DNA of 63,939 bases, filler included, from Barthelona sp. PAP020 (Eukaryota): the NCBI GenBank assembly GCA_040182905.1. It is 3 parts of 3 records of this genome, joined end to end, with 100 filler letters (N's around TTAATTAATTAA, not from the genome) between each part and the next. Parts side by side here need not be neighbours in the genome. Positions count along the whole stretch, not along the records: positions 23,395 to 46,672 come from JARQWU010000168.1; positions 46,773 to 63,939 come from JARQWU010000247.1; 1 more part is not named here. The stretch is one strand, 5' to 3'. The notes beneath the pieces were generated by a model, which made no database searches, was not told the origin of the DNA, and was given only the letters and a program-made list of their open reading frames with translations. Position 1 is the stretch's first letter; each line of letters starts with the position of its first letter. A program made the translations under genes and the position numbers. Positions 41,154 to 51,458 of this stretch are shown here, piece by piece.

Positions 41154-41298
41154 TTTTATTTTTTGTTTTTGTTTTTACAACGTTTCGCTGTTTATTCCTC
41201 AAGTCAATGTAAAAAACTATTCCTGTTTTTTTTTTTTTTTTAATGTCTCATGTAAGAAATAAAAAGAAATATAATTTACAATAAACAACTTTTTTGTT

Positions 41299-41865
41299 TC
41301 AGTCAACAGTTGATGCAATCTTTTTCATAAGTCTTGCATATGGTGAGTTGGGCTCACTTATCACTTTACCACTTAACAATGTTTGTTTTGAAGATGAATT
41401 CAGGGCAGAATCGGTTGAACGGTGTTCACTTTTGTTTGGTGTGTTGAAAGGAAAAGGAGATGATAATTCAATAAAATTGTGGTCGTTTACAGAAATAGAA
41501 TGAGAATTATCAATCGATTGGATGGCAAGTTTTGCTGTTGGATTGGTCAAACTTCTGTAATCAGATAAAAGATTTAAAAATGACATTGAATTTAGCAAAT
41601 CTTCATTATTATTGGACTCTTCAATACTCTTTAAAATGTCCTTTTTCAAAAAAGTCTCATAAGCATTACTTTCAACATCGTTTTCAGATTTACATTCCAT
41701 ATTCTGCACATCACTCAAAATTGCCAGGTAGGATTTCTTCCAAGATTCAAAATAATCATCAACAGTTTCAACAATCATCGAATCAGACAAAGATTCGCGA
41801 ATTACTTTGAACGTTTGTTCAATATGTTCTTGATTCCTCTCTAATCTTTGAATAATATCATCCAT
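41299..41865 (-). CDS. Hypothetical protein
   Basis: ATG at 41865 (MDDIIQRL...) gives about 188 aa without overlapping ESF2; no motif recognised. Confidence 0.6.
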   Translation of the reverse strand: MDDIIQRLERNQEHIEQTFKVIRESLSDSMIVETVDDYFESWKKSYLAILSDVQNMECKSENDVESNAYETFLKKDILKSIEESNNNEDLLNSMSFLNLLSDYRSLTNPTAKLAIQSIDNSHSISVNDHNFIELSSPFPFNTPNKSEHRSTDSALNSSSKQTLLSGKVISEPNSPYARLMKKIASTVD

Positions 41866-41938
41866 TACATTTAGATTGATAAATGAATCCAAAAAAAAAA
41901 TTATTAAAAAGTTGTGAATCATTTTTCTTTTTAAAACA

Positions 41939-42601
41939 ATGCAAAATGAACACAAATCAGACCAATTTATCGATATCTCCAAGTTAAAAGAGCAACAATC
42001 AAAAAGAACACCTAAGGGGATTGTGGAAGTTGTGGATGTTCCTTCTTTGATGCAGCCTTCAAAGGTAAGACAGTTATTTGAACGATTTGGAAGGGTTCAT
42101 CGAGTTCATTTAATCCCAGATGCAAGTAACAGGAGGAAAAAGGGAAAACCAGTGTTTATTTCTGGATATGTTGAGTTTTTTGCAAATGATAATGCTAAAA
42201 GAGCAGTTAGTGCTATGCATTGTCAACCAATTGAGCCAAAACCAAGATCACCATGGCAATATGAATTGTGGAACTTAAGATTTCGTGAAGATTTAACATG
42301 GGATGACATTATTGATAAACATGCCAAGGAAGCAGCAGAAGAAAGCGCAAAAATGGGACGTATTTTGAGAGAAGTCAAAAAAGATCAAGAACAAGCGGTT
42401 AAAACTCACAATGTCTTGGTTAAAATTAGAAAAAAAGCTGAAAGAATTGCTTCCAAGCAAAATGATAGAACAGTTGACAAAGTAGAAAAGGAATTATTGA
42501 AGAAACGAAACTATAAATCTTCAACTAAAGATAATAATCAACAAATTAGGAAGAATAAGACTGCAAATATGAATCTACTGAGTAAATTATTTAAAAACTA
42601 G
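41939..42601 (+). CDS. ESF2: Pre-rRNA processing protein ESF2/ABT1
   Basis: GIV....VP..M.P.KVR.LF..FG.V.RV.L, GYVEF, AKR, LWNLRF...TW RRM pattern. Confidence 0.88.
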   Translation: MQNEHKSDQFIDISKLKEQQSKRTPKGIVEVVDVPSLMQPSKVRQLFERFGRVHRVHLIPDASNRRKKGKPVFISGYVEFFANDNAKRAVSAMHCQPIEPKPRSPWQYELWNLRFREDLTWDDIIDKHAKEAAEESAKMGRILREVKKDQEQAVKTHNVLVKIRKKAERIASKQNDRTVDKVEKELLKKRNYKSSTKDNNQQIRKNKTANMNLLSKLFKN

Positions 42602-42897
42602 ACTTTTATTTTCAATTATTATTTGAACATGTTTTCAGACAACAAAAAAACTCTCGTCACGATTAATAAGTAAAAAATATTTTGGTTCAACGTTTTATGT
42701 CGAAAGAATTGAAAATCAGCTGTTGCTTTTCTAGTTTTAATATTCAAATTTCACTTGGCAACACAATATTCTTTGCATCAAATAAACTTTTATAAACAAA
42801 CATAATGAACATTGACATCTTTAAAGGAAATCAATTTGAATACAATTTTGACCGAGTTTTTTTTTTTTCGTGTTTTGTGCAATAATTTATGCGTTGA

Positions 42898-44442
42898 ATG
42901 GAGTACATTGTAGATAAGATAACCAAAAACGGGCAAAGATTATCTCGAACTTTATTTGTTGATTCAAACAATGAACAGATTCTCACGGTATCTAGACGCG
43001 ATCCGTCCTTAACCCAATGTTTTAAGTTTAAAGATATTACACAAGTGTTACCTATTTCCCATTTTGATTTAGGTTTTGTCATTATTTCATATTCTGGTTT
43101 AGAATATATATTTGCTGCCGCCAACCCCAGTGAAAGAGCCGAAATAATAACAATTATTAATCAAAATATAAAAGATATGTTACCAAACGAATCAGTAGTT
43201 GGTGTTGTATTTAAAGGATATTTAGACATAGTTTTACCTGGATTAAGTGTTTTAGTTAATAAAAATGTTAATTTTTCAAATGTTTGGGCCGTTTTGACTC
43301 ATCAATTTTTGTATCTCTTTGAAACATCAGAAGAACGGCACAAATTATATTCCTTAAAACTGTCGTCAATTGATAATTTGCAAATTATTATGAAAGATCA
43401 AGCATTTTCCTTCTCAACCTCTCATCATCGTTTTACATTTTTAGCTGGATCTCGAAAAACTTGTTATGAATGGGTTGAAAATTTTGAGACAGTTTTGAAG
43501 CTTGTTAACTTAATTGAGAATGAATCCAACACTGAAAGTGAAACCAAATCAGAAATTCATCAGAGTTCCAACGAATCCAATGATTTTGGACTTAAACAAC
43601 CTGAAACCCTGAGTGCAAAGATTGAAAATATTGAAGAACCAGTTATTGAAACAAAACATGCTGAAAAACAGATATCTTTACCCCGAAGAAATGTAAATCT
43701 TGATTTTCAATCATATAATAACCAAAAAATGGATATTTTGCTGGATAAATCAATGTATTCTGCCCTGAAAGACATTATCCCTGGGAAAAATCAAGTTGAA
43801 AACTTCCATTTATTAGATCTTCCCACTTCAGATACAGTTTTGTCCACATCAATTCACAACATCCTTAGAGAAACAAGGTTAAAAGCAGAAAATGAATGCT
43901 TACAGCTTGAACCGCAACAATATGAATGTGAATTTGCAGAAAAAATCTGGTTTACTGAAAACTATGGTTTGGACAAGATTGCTGGATTAGAACATTTTGT
44001 TCCAGCTGTAAATACGACATTTGAAGCTTTAACTGATCAGACAACTGAAGATAGAAAAAAATTGTCTCAAAAACTTTCTATGTTGATTGAATGTGAAAAT
44101 TCAGTCAAATCAAAGATTCTTGTCAATAGGGAAGCTAAAAAAGAAGCTGAGAGAAAAGCTGAACAAGAAAGAATTGAAATTGCAAAAAAAGAAAAAGAAG
44201 AAGCTACTGCTCAAATGCGTGCAATTCGTGAAGAAAAAGAAAGACAAAGAGAAGAAAAGAAAAAGCAACAACAACTTCAATTGGAAACTTTGAGAAAACA
44301 ACAACAAAAAAGGCAAAGCCATTCTTTTACTGCGCCCGCAAATGGTATGGTTGCCAACCCTATGAAAAACAGAGTTGGTTCATTTTTTAATAGAGCAGTT
44401 GTTTCAACTAAATTGGCAGATGTATCCACAAATCAACAGTAA
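42898..44442 (+). CDS. PH-domain protein with C-terminal coiled coil
   Basis: Two PH-like segments (KGYL...WAVLT...LYLFE...FLA......EWV) and E/K/Q-rich tail. Confidence 0.65.
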   Translation: MEYIVDKITKNGQRLSRTLFVDSNNEQILTVSRRDPSLTQCFKFKDITQVLPISHFDLGFVIISYSGLEYIFAAANPSERAEIITIINQNIKDMLPNESVVGVVFKGYLDIVLPGLSVLVNKNVNFSNVWAVLTHQFLYLFETSEERHKLYSLKLSSIDNLQIIMKDQAFSFSTSHHRFTFLAGSRKTCYEWVENFETVLKLVNLIENESNTESETKSEIHQSSNESNDFGLKQPETLSAKIENIEEPVIETKHAEKQISLPRRNVNLDFQSYNNQKMDILLDKSMYSALKDIIPGKNQVENFHLLDLPTSDTVLSTSIHNILRETRLKAENECLQLEPQQYECEFAEKIWFTENYGLDKIAGLEHFVPAVNTTFEALTDQTTEDRKKLSQKLSMLIECENSVKSKILVNREAKKEAERKAEQERIEIAKKEKEEATAQMRAIREEKERQREEKKKQQQLQLETLRKQQQKRQSHSFTAPANGMVANPMKNRVGSFFNRAVVSTKLADVSTNQQ

Positions 44443-44701
44443 TTAAAGAATGCCAAGATTAGCAACATTTATAAAATAGTCGTAATTTCCTTTATTTTTA
44501 TTGTTGAACATTTTCTGCTGTTTATTGCACAAGATAATAACCTTATAGCTTTCCACAAAAAAAGAGAATGAAAATTATTCCCAAATTGATTTTATTCACA
44601 AAAATTATTGTTGTTGAAAACAAATGTGCAAAATTAAACACAAAATAAAAAAAAATGATCTCAACTCTCAAATTGAATTATTATTTTTAATCAGTTTTCA
44701 A

Positions 44702-45277
44702 ATGGAAAATGGAAAGATTTCCATGAAAGATGCTGTAACACAATTATCTGCGATATTTCCAACAATAGATCTTGAAGTTATTGAATTATATATTACTGCC
44801 ACCAATGGAAATTTAAATTTGACGGTAGTCAAATTACTTGAAATATCAGATCCAACGTTTGAAACAGATCCTACACAAAATTATCAAAGTGATAATTTAC
44901 CTGATGCTCACAACGATTTTAGTTATGCTCATCAACTACAAGAACAATATTACAGAGAATCAGTGTTAAAGGACAATGGTATTTGGAATGAGAGAAACGA
45001 AACTGATTCTCAAGATGTTTCGAGGAGTGAATCTCCTTCAATGGTTGATAAAGTTTTAGGTTGGTTGAAAAACACATTTACGACTGATGAAACGGATGAT
45101 CTATCGGTATCTGGAAACAAATATTTGATTTCTGATAATGATGAGAATGATGATGTTGACAGAAATCTTTTGGATGATGATGAACTTGACTTTAACATTG
45201 AACACAATGATGATGATGATAATGAACCAAATCGTGATGATATATTTGAACCTATATATCATTTTAAAACTGAATAA
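44702..45277 (+). CDS. CUE-domain (ubiquitin-binding) protein
   Basis: QLSAIFPTIDLEVI......NGNL..TV.KLLEI CUE signature; acidic tail; ATG at 44702. Confidence 0.75.
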   Translation: MENGKISMKDAVTQLSAIFPTIDLEVIELYITATNGNLNLTVVKLLEISDPTFETDPTQNYQSDNLPDAHNDFSYAHQLQEQYYRESVLKDNGIWNERNETDSQDVSRSESPSMVDKVLGWLKNTFTTDETDDLSVSGNKYLISDNDENDDVDRNLLDDDELDFNIEHNDDDDNEPNRDDIFEPIYHFKTE

Positions 45278-45339
45278 AGCTATATGTATGTAAATTGTAT
45301 ATATTTTTTTTTGGTTGTGTTCAATGTTATTTTTGCCCA

Positions 45340-46380
45340 AAAATTTGATCAGTGTGTTCAAATTTCGACCGGAGATTACTTGAGTGAAATGTTATGTTTT
45401 ATCCAAAAATTGACGAAAGCAACATGAAAAAAATTAAGGGTTTGCTTTTTGGTGATTTGTTTTGCCACAAATATTCCCCAAGGATAAGTATTTGGTAATT
45501 GGTACTGGTGAAGGATGGGTTCAAATGATACAAAGACAGGGGAACTAAATCGCACTTTGAAAGATCACTCAAACTATGTTTATAGCATTGGTTTTTCAGC
45601 AAATGGCCAAAAATTAGCAACGTGTGCAACTGACAAAACTATCACTGTGTATAATCTTAAAGACTTCTCTGTTGAGAATGAATTTAAAGTTGACATTTGT
45701 GTAAACAAAATTTGTTTCTCCCATTGTTCTAATCATTTATATTCTGGTGACGATATTGGGAATCTGATTGAATGAAACGTAAACAATGGCAATGTTATTT
45801 GGAAAGAGAAAGTTCATTCTGATTTCATTTCTGAATTGAAATTTTCATCAGATGGCAAATATTTATTCACTGGAAGTGGTGATGAAACTGCAAAAATAAT
45901 TGAACCAGACAGTTTTTCTGTTCTGCACACATTCAATCATGAGGATATTATTTGTGAAATTGATTTTTATCCAAATAAAAAAAGTTACTATTGTTGGTAA
46001 AATGTCAAAAAATGAAACCTTGGGGTATGTAAAGTGAAGCGCTTGTTCACACATTCCAAATGAACGGAAAGGTTCTTTGTTTTTGCTCAACATCCAAAAG
46101 CTTGTTTGTTATGTCTGATGATCAGTACATTACCTCAGAATATGAATAACTACAAAGAAGTTCAAAAAGTTCAATGCGGTTTGAGGGTGGATTCTTTTTT
46201 CTTCTTCTTCTCAATTTTGCATGATTTAACGCAATTAGCATGTGAAGTATGTGTTGAGGACACAATTAGATTGCATCTAACTGTATATTCATGTGATTAT
46301 TCCGATCAATCCAAACTCATCGAATTGTCAAGAACAGTTGGGAGCGTTTTGCCAACTCTTATTTACATGAAGATTTCGCC
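45340..46380 (+). pseudogene. Disrupted paralog of the WD40-NGGNM-domain gene
   Basis: Fragments KIDESNMKKIK..LF...YSP, DHSNYVYSIGFSANGQKLATC, in-frame TGA at a Trp position (45773-45775), FSSDGKYLFTGSGD, frameshifts, and a truncated domain start QSKLIELSRTVGSVLPTLIYM. Confidence 0.8.
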
Positions 46381-46672
46381 TGGGAAAGAATCTTCCTTTT
46401 CTTTTGATAGGAGAGTTCTGAACCAATCCATGCACAACAGACCAGTGACAAATAACTCAAACTCTAACCTTGAACAGTAAAAGCTTTTATTAATTGTTTA
46501 TTAATTAATTTGGCAACAACAAAAATTTCACCGAAAGAAGACGCAAAGGAAGAACTAACCAAAATACTCCTGTATATAAAGCTAATAATCCCACAAGAAA
46601 GAAAATTTTAAATCTGGAAAAGAGGAGATCAAAACAATAAGAATTTTATTTTCTAAAGGACCGCACCTCTTA

Positions 46673-46772
46673 NNNNNNNNNNNNNNNNNNNNNNNNNNNN
46701 NNNNNNNNNNNNNNNNTTAATTAATTAANNNNNNNNNNNNNNNNNNNNNNNNNNNNNNNNNNNNNNNNNNNN
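46673..46772. other. Artificial assembly linker
   Basis: 44 N + TTAATTAATTAA + 44 N. Confidence 0.97.
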
Positions 46773-46774
46773 AA

Positions 46775-47473
46775 ATTTCTAAGTTACAGACAAAGTTCAG
46801 AAGCATTGAAGAAAGAAATCAAGATAATAGTGAGAAAATTGAAGAGCTGAAAGAAATGGATACTGAATTTAAAAACAAATTTGATGAAAGCATGGAAAGA
46901 GTGAATGAAAGCATTGAATCATGCAACGTGAATTTTGACGTTGCTATCAAAGATGCAATATCTCAGTTGACTTTGAAACATCAAGAAGAATTGCAAAAGA
47001 GAGATGAAAGAATTGAAAAATTGAGTGTTGAAAATAACACTTTATTTGACAAAATTGAGCAACAAAATGATTTGATCAGCAGTCTTATCAATCGTGTAGA
47101 ATTTATTGAAAACCTTTCTCAAGCCCATGATGATAGAATGAGCAGTTTGACACAGATTGAAGGTTTCACCAAGTCTCAATTGAAGACTAATGAGGACATG
47201 ACACAAAAAGTTTCTTCCATTTGTGATGAGATTGACGATTTGAAAAAATTTGCAAATGAAAACACAAGCAATGAACTGAATCAAATCAAAAGTGACATCA
47301 ATGCCATGTTACAAAGAATTTCTGTTCTTCAAGATGATTTTGGTTCAAGAAATAGACAAATTAATAAGCGAGTTGAGGAATTTGAACAATTGATTGATTT
47401 ACGTTTTGAAAAAATTTGCATTTTTGAAGGAAATACTGTTCAGCAAATTGAAAAAGAAGCACAAAAGCAATGA
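46775..47473 (+). CDS. Coiled-coil protein, probably 5'-truncated by the gap
   Basis: Frame open from 46775 (ISKLQTKFRSIEE...) to the TGA; heptad composition. Confidence 0.65.
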   Translation: MSKLQTKFRSIEERNQDNSEKIEELKEMDTEFKNKFDESMERVNESIESCNVNFDVAIKDAISQLTLKHQEELQKRDERIEKLSVENNTLFDKIEQQNDLISSLINRVEFIENLSQAHDDRMSSLTQIEGFTKSQLKTNEDMTQKVSSICDEIDDLKKFANENTSNELNQIKSDINAMLQRISVLQDDFGSRNRQINKRVEEFEQLIDLRFEKICIFEGNTVQQIEKEAQKQ

Positions 47474-47775
47474 TTGAAAAACGTATTTTGTGTAAATAGA
47501 AAAGATTTGAAAGATACTTATCATTTATTTTTGTAATTTTGTAGAAAGCAAGAAAAATGTTTAAAGGATGTTTCAAAAATAATTGCAGGAAAATTTAATA
47601 AGTTTCCACAACTCCAACTAAGAAAATTACCAAAATAAAAAAATCTTTTGATGCCACTATTTTTAAAGAAACAACATTAATGCAAAACTTAAATTGTAAA
47701 ATGAAAAGAGGACGTTTTTTTTGTGTTTGAAAAGAAAAGAAAAAAGAAGATTTTCTTCAACATTAAACATTCAAA

Positions 47776-49137
47776 ATGCTTGATATCAGTGCTTTAAAAG
47801 ACGAAAATATTGTTTCTAAGAGATATGCCTTTACAAATGCTCATATTTTATGTCAAAATGGTGAACATTTTACAAATGGATCATGTATCATTGAAAATCA
47901 TGATATTATTGAAGTTGGTGATATTGAAATTCCTTCTGATGTTCCAACTATTGATTTAAAAGGTAGAATTTTGATGCCTTCATTCATTTGTGCTCATGGT
48001 CACTTTTATGGAATGTTTTCTCGTGGAATGCCTTTAAAAGATGAAGCTCCAAGTAATTTTAAGGAAGTTCTTGAGAGATTATGGTGGCGTTTGGACAAAG
48101 CTTTGGATGAAAAAGCTAATTATTTATCTGCAGCTATTGTTTTGTGTGATGCCATTAAAGCAGGTACAACAACTATTTTTGATCATCATGCTAGTCCCTA
48201 TTCTGTTCCTGGTTCACTTGATTCCATTGCTAAAGCTATTAAAGATGCTGGTGTTCGTGGTTCTTTGTGTTATGAAGTTTCTGACCGTGATGGACGTGAT
48301 ATAATGATTCAAGGTGTTGCAGAAAACAATCGTTTTCATAAGAGTATTTCACCTGAAATGGAAGATTTTCCCCATCAGTTTCATTCTTTATTTGGACTTC
48401 ATGCTGCTTGCACATGTGGGGATGAAACACTCAATCTTGCTAAAGAATCTCTTGAAGAAAACTATGGAGTTCATGTTCATGTTGCTGAAGGTCAATTTGA
48501 TGTTGATGTTGCTCGAGATGAATATCAAACAACCGTTGTGAAAAGACTTCACAAAGAAGGATTGACAGGACCTGATTCTATTTTTGTGCATTGTGTTTGT
48601 TGTGATGATGATGAATTGGAAATTTTGAAGGAAACTAATACATGGGTTGTCCATAATCCTCAATCTAATATGAATAATGCAGTAGGTGTGTCAGATGTTC
48701 CTAAAATGCTTGAAATGGGAATTCCTGTTTGTTTGGGTACTGATGGAATGACTATGGACATGATTGAAGAAGTTAAATGTTTATATCTTTTGCACAAATT
48801 GAATAAGAAAGATCCTAGACAGATGGGATGGGACACTTTCAAGATTTTATTTGAAAATAATGCCAAAATGGCTTCACATTTCTTTAAAAAGGAGATTGGT
48901 GTTTTAAAAGCAGGTGCTGCTGCTGATTTAGTTATTTTAGATTATGCTAATCCAACTGAATTACATCCTGGTAATTTCCCTTGGCATTTGAGATTTGGTA
49001 TGTCCAGATCAAATGTTAACACAACTATATGTGCTGGTAAACCTCTTATGGTTGAAAGAGAAATTTTGACATTGGATGAAATGGAGATTGCCAAGCAATG
49101 CAGAGAAATTCATTCTGAAGTTTGGGAAAAATTCTAA
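47776..49137 (+). CDS. ssnA: SsnA-type aminohydrolase (amidohydrolase superfamily), bacterial-like
   Basis: CAHGHFYG...RG, F.EVLE.LWWRLDKALD, GTTTIFDHHASP..V.GSL, CYEVSDRDG, GLHA, HVHVAEG, HNPQSNMNNAVG, LGTDG. Confidence 0.88.
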   Translation: MLDISALKDENIVSKRYAFTNAHILCQNGEHFTNGSCIIENHDIIEVGDIEIPSDVPTIDLKGRILMPSFICAHGHFYGMFSRGMPLKDEAPSNFKEVLERLWWRLDKALDEKANYLSAAIVLCDAIKAGTTTIFDHHASPYSVPGSLDSIAKAIKDAGVRGSLCYEVSDRDGRDIMIQGVAENNRFHKSISPEMEDFPHQFHSLFGLHAACTCGDETLNLAKESLEENYGVHVHVAEGQFDVDVARDEYQTTVVKRLHKEGLTGPDSIFVHCVCCDDDELEILKETNTWVVHNPQSNMNNAVGVSDVPKMLEMGIPVCLGTDGMTMDMIEEVKCLYLLHKLNKKDPRQMGWDTFKILFENNAKMASHFFKKEIGVLKAGAAADLVILDYANPTELHPGNFPWHLRFGMSRSNVNTTICAGKPLMVEREILTLDEMEIAKQCREIHSEVWEKF

Positions 49138-49342
49138 TCACTTTTGTTTATAAATGACGAATATGTTGTTTTTTTTTTAATACAATGATATGTTTTGAAG
49201 GTAAATCATGATTTTTTAAAAATATTTGATGGTTTGTAAGCAGTTTTTCAGGGGCAAAACATCCGTTCTGGTGAAAGAGCAAAGATATTTTTTTTAAATT
49301 TCGAGATTTTCGTTGTAATTTTGGCACTTATTTTTGAATTAA

Positions 49343-51322
49343 ATGACAACAATAACGACATCTGCAGGTGAATTTTCACCAAAAAAAATTTTTAAGGGTG
49401 ACAAACTTACTCAACAATACGAACGTGGAATAGAATTTCTTAAATCACGAAGTGAAAAAATAGCGCAGACAGAATATGAAAAAGAAAAGGAATTGACTCG
49501 TGAATTGCAAAAGACACCTCAAATATCAAAAACGAGTCGTCAGTTAATTGTACACAGACCAAAAGATTTTTCTAAGGCTAATCTTGCATGGCAAAAAGCT
49601 AAAGAAAGACGACTTGAAGAAACAAGGCAACAAATATTAAATGCAGAAGCTGAAAAAAATACATTCAAACCCAATTTAAAATTTTACCACAAAACAGAAA
49701 AGCGTTTATCGATATTTGATGATTGGGATGAACAAACTGCTCATTATATGTCAAAGAAACAAGACTTTCTTGATAAGAATTGCACTTTTTCACCAAAAAT
49801 TGATAGGAAATCTTCACAAATTGCTAAAAGAAAACAGAATGAAGATAAAGAAAAAATGGAACAGAATGTTTTTGTGAGTGCTAAAAAAAAACAAGGAAAA
49901 AGTCAGATTGAAGAGTATGAACAACATGCAGGAAATCGTTTATGGATGCAATATAATTTAGATGAACGTGAAAAACTACAAAAAGAAATGAGTGAAAATG
50001 AAAATAATAGAAATAGCAAGCCTATTTTAGTTGATGAAGATGGAACTCCATTATTTAGACCAGTTATTAATCCAACCATTGAAGAATTATCTGAAGATAA
50101 TGTTAATAATGTTAAAACAGACGTTTTTGAAAAATTGTTCTCTTCTCCAACTAAAACACCAATGTCTACCCAAAAATCTGATGAAAAATTAACATACACT
50201 CCAACTTTATGCAAAAAATCTGAAAATATTGTGAAAGAAAAAAATTTAAAACCTGTTTTTGAAAGATTAACAGAAGACCCTTTTTTACATGTTTCAAATT
50301 CAGGACCAAATAAATATACTATTGAAGACACCCAAAAATCTCCAAATTCTGAAATGGATTCAACATATGAAAAAAGAATGAAAGAGTTTGAAGAGAGAAG
50401 TTTAAAGACTTTGGAGGAAAAACAAGCAGCTATTGATTTAATATTAAAGGAAAGAAAAGAAGAAGAAGACAAACAATGCACGTTTAAACCTGAATTGAGT
50501 ATTGGCACACAAGAAATTTTAAGGGAGACTGTTATTGATCGAAAGGATTTGTATGATAGAGCAATGGATTTAGAAAAGCATAAACTTGAAGAAATTGAGC
50601 ACATGAGAAAAAAAAGATTGGCTGATGAAGTGAAGGATTGTACATTCAAACCAATAACATCCAAAAATTTGGAAGAAATGAGGAGAAAGAAATTAAGAGA
50701 AGAAAAACAAAGAAAACAACAATCAAAAGATAATCTTTCTTTTATGGAAAAGAAAAGAATAACACAAAAAAAAACAGCAATTGACGATTCTTCCAAAAGA
50801 GTTCACTCAAATGGTATGCATAAAAGTCCTTTGAAACAAAGATTTGATAAAAATAAGTCTGGATATAAAAGCAGTGATTGGTCATATACATCTGCAGCTT
50901 TAACATATTTTAAAGACAAATCTCCCTCAAAATCATCTCCTTCAAAGAATCATATTTCCAAAAAGACACCAAATAAAGGAATAAACTCTCCGTTGAGACC
51001 AATAAATATGAATTCAAATGAATTAAACACTGAACTTTGTACAAATAGCAATACTAATTCCCCTTCAGGTTATTCTTCTATAACCTCTGAATTATATTCT
51101 CCCAACAATGGATACAACAACAGTCAAATTAATATTTCACCATCTTCACCATTGAAAAAACGTGATCATTTTCCAAAAACACCCATTTCATCATTAAGTC
51201 CCATGCAATCTCAAGAATTAAAAAATCTTTCTGAAAGTGATGATGTTTTAATTGATACTGATAAGGAATCGAAAAAAGAACACGTTTTATCCATGTTAGA
51301 ACAGTGGAAAAGCTCAAGATAA
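49343..51322 (+). CDS. Charged protein with (C)TFxPx(I/L) repeats, unknown function
   Basis: NTFKPNL, CTFSPKI, LFRPVI, LTYTPTL, CTFKPEL, CTFKPIT; SP-rich tail. Confidence 0.7.
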   Translation: MTTITTSAGEFSPKKIFKGDKLTQQYERGIEFLKSRSEKIAQTEYEKEKELTRELQKTPQISKTSRQLIVHRPKDFSKANLAWQKAKERRLEETRQQILNAEAEKNTFKPNLKFYHKTEKRLSIFDDWDEQTAHYMSKKQDFLDKNCTFSPKIDRKSSQIAKRKQNEDKEKMEQNVFVSAKKKQGKSQIEEYEQHAGNRLWMQYNLDEREKLQKEMSENENNRNSKPILVDEDGTPLFRPVINPTIEELSEDNVNNVKTDVFEKLFSSPTKTPMSTQKSDEKLTYTPTLCKKSENIVKEKNLKPVFERLTEDPFLHVSNSGPNKYTIEDTQKSPNSEMDSTYEKRMKEFEERSLKTLEEKQAAIDLILKERKEEEDKQCTFKPELSIGTQEILRETVIDRKDLYDRAMDLEKHKLEEIEHMRKKRLADEVKDCTFKPITSKNLEEMRRKKLREEKQRKQQSKDNLSFMEKKRITQKKTAIDDSSKRVHSNGMHKSPLKQRFDKNKSGYKSSDWSYTSAALTYFKDKSPSKSSPSKNHISKKTPNKGINSPLRPINMNSNELNTELCTNSNTNSPSGYSSITSELYSPNNGYNNSQINISPSSPLKKRDHFPKTPISSLSPMQSQELKNLSESDDVLIDTDKESKKEHVLSMLEQWKSSR

Positions 51323-51458
51323 ATACTCGTTTGATCTGTCAATAAATTTTTTCAATAACTTTTATTCTTCATTTCGAAAAATTGGTTGGTTGAAAAGAAA
51401 ACAATTAGTTGAATGTATAGAGTTTCCACTTCTGAAAAAAAAAGCAATATTGTGTGTT

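Noticed and set aside
45773..45775. In-frame TGA at a Trp position suggesting an alternative genetic code
   Set aside because: The same locus has frameshifts, and intact genes use TGG for Trp and end with TGA, TAA or TAG.
49903..50796. Long antisense ORFs (also 5277-5774, 58475-59278, 2116-2649 and similar)
   Set aside because: Shadow frames of real genes with biased codon usage; F/S/L-rich or otherwise unrecognisable products.
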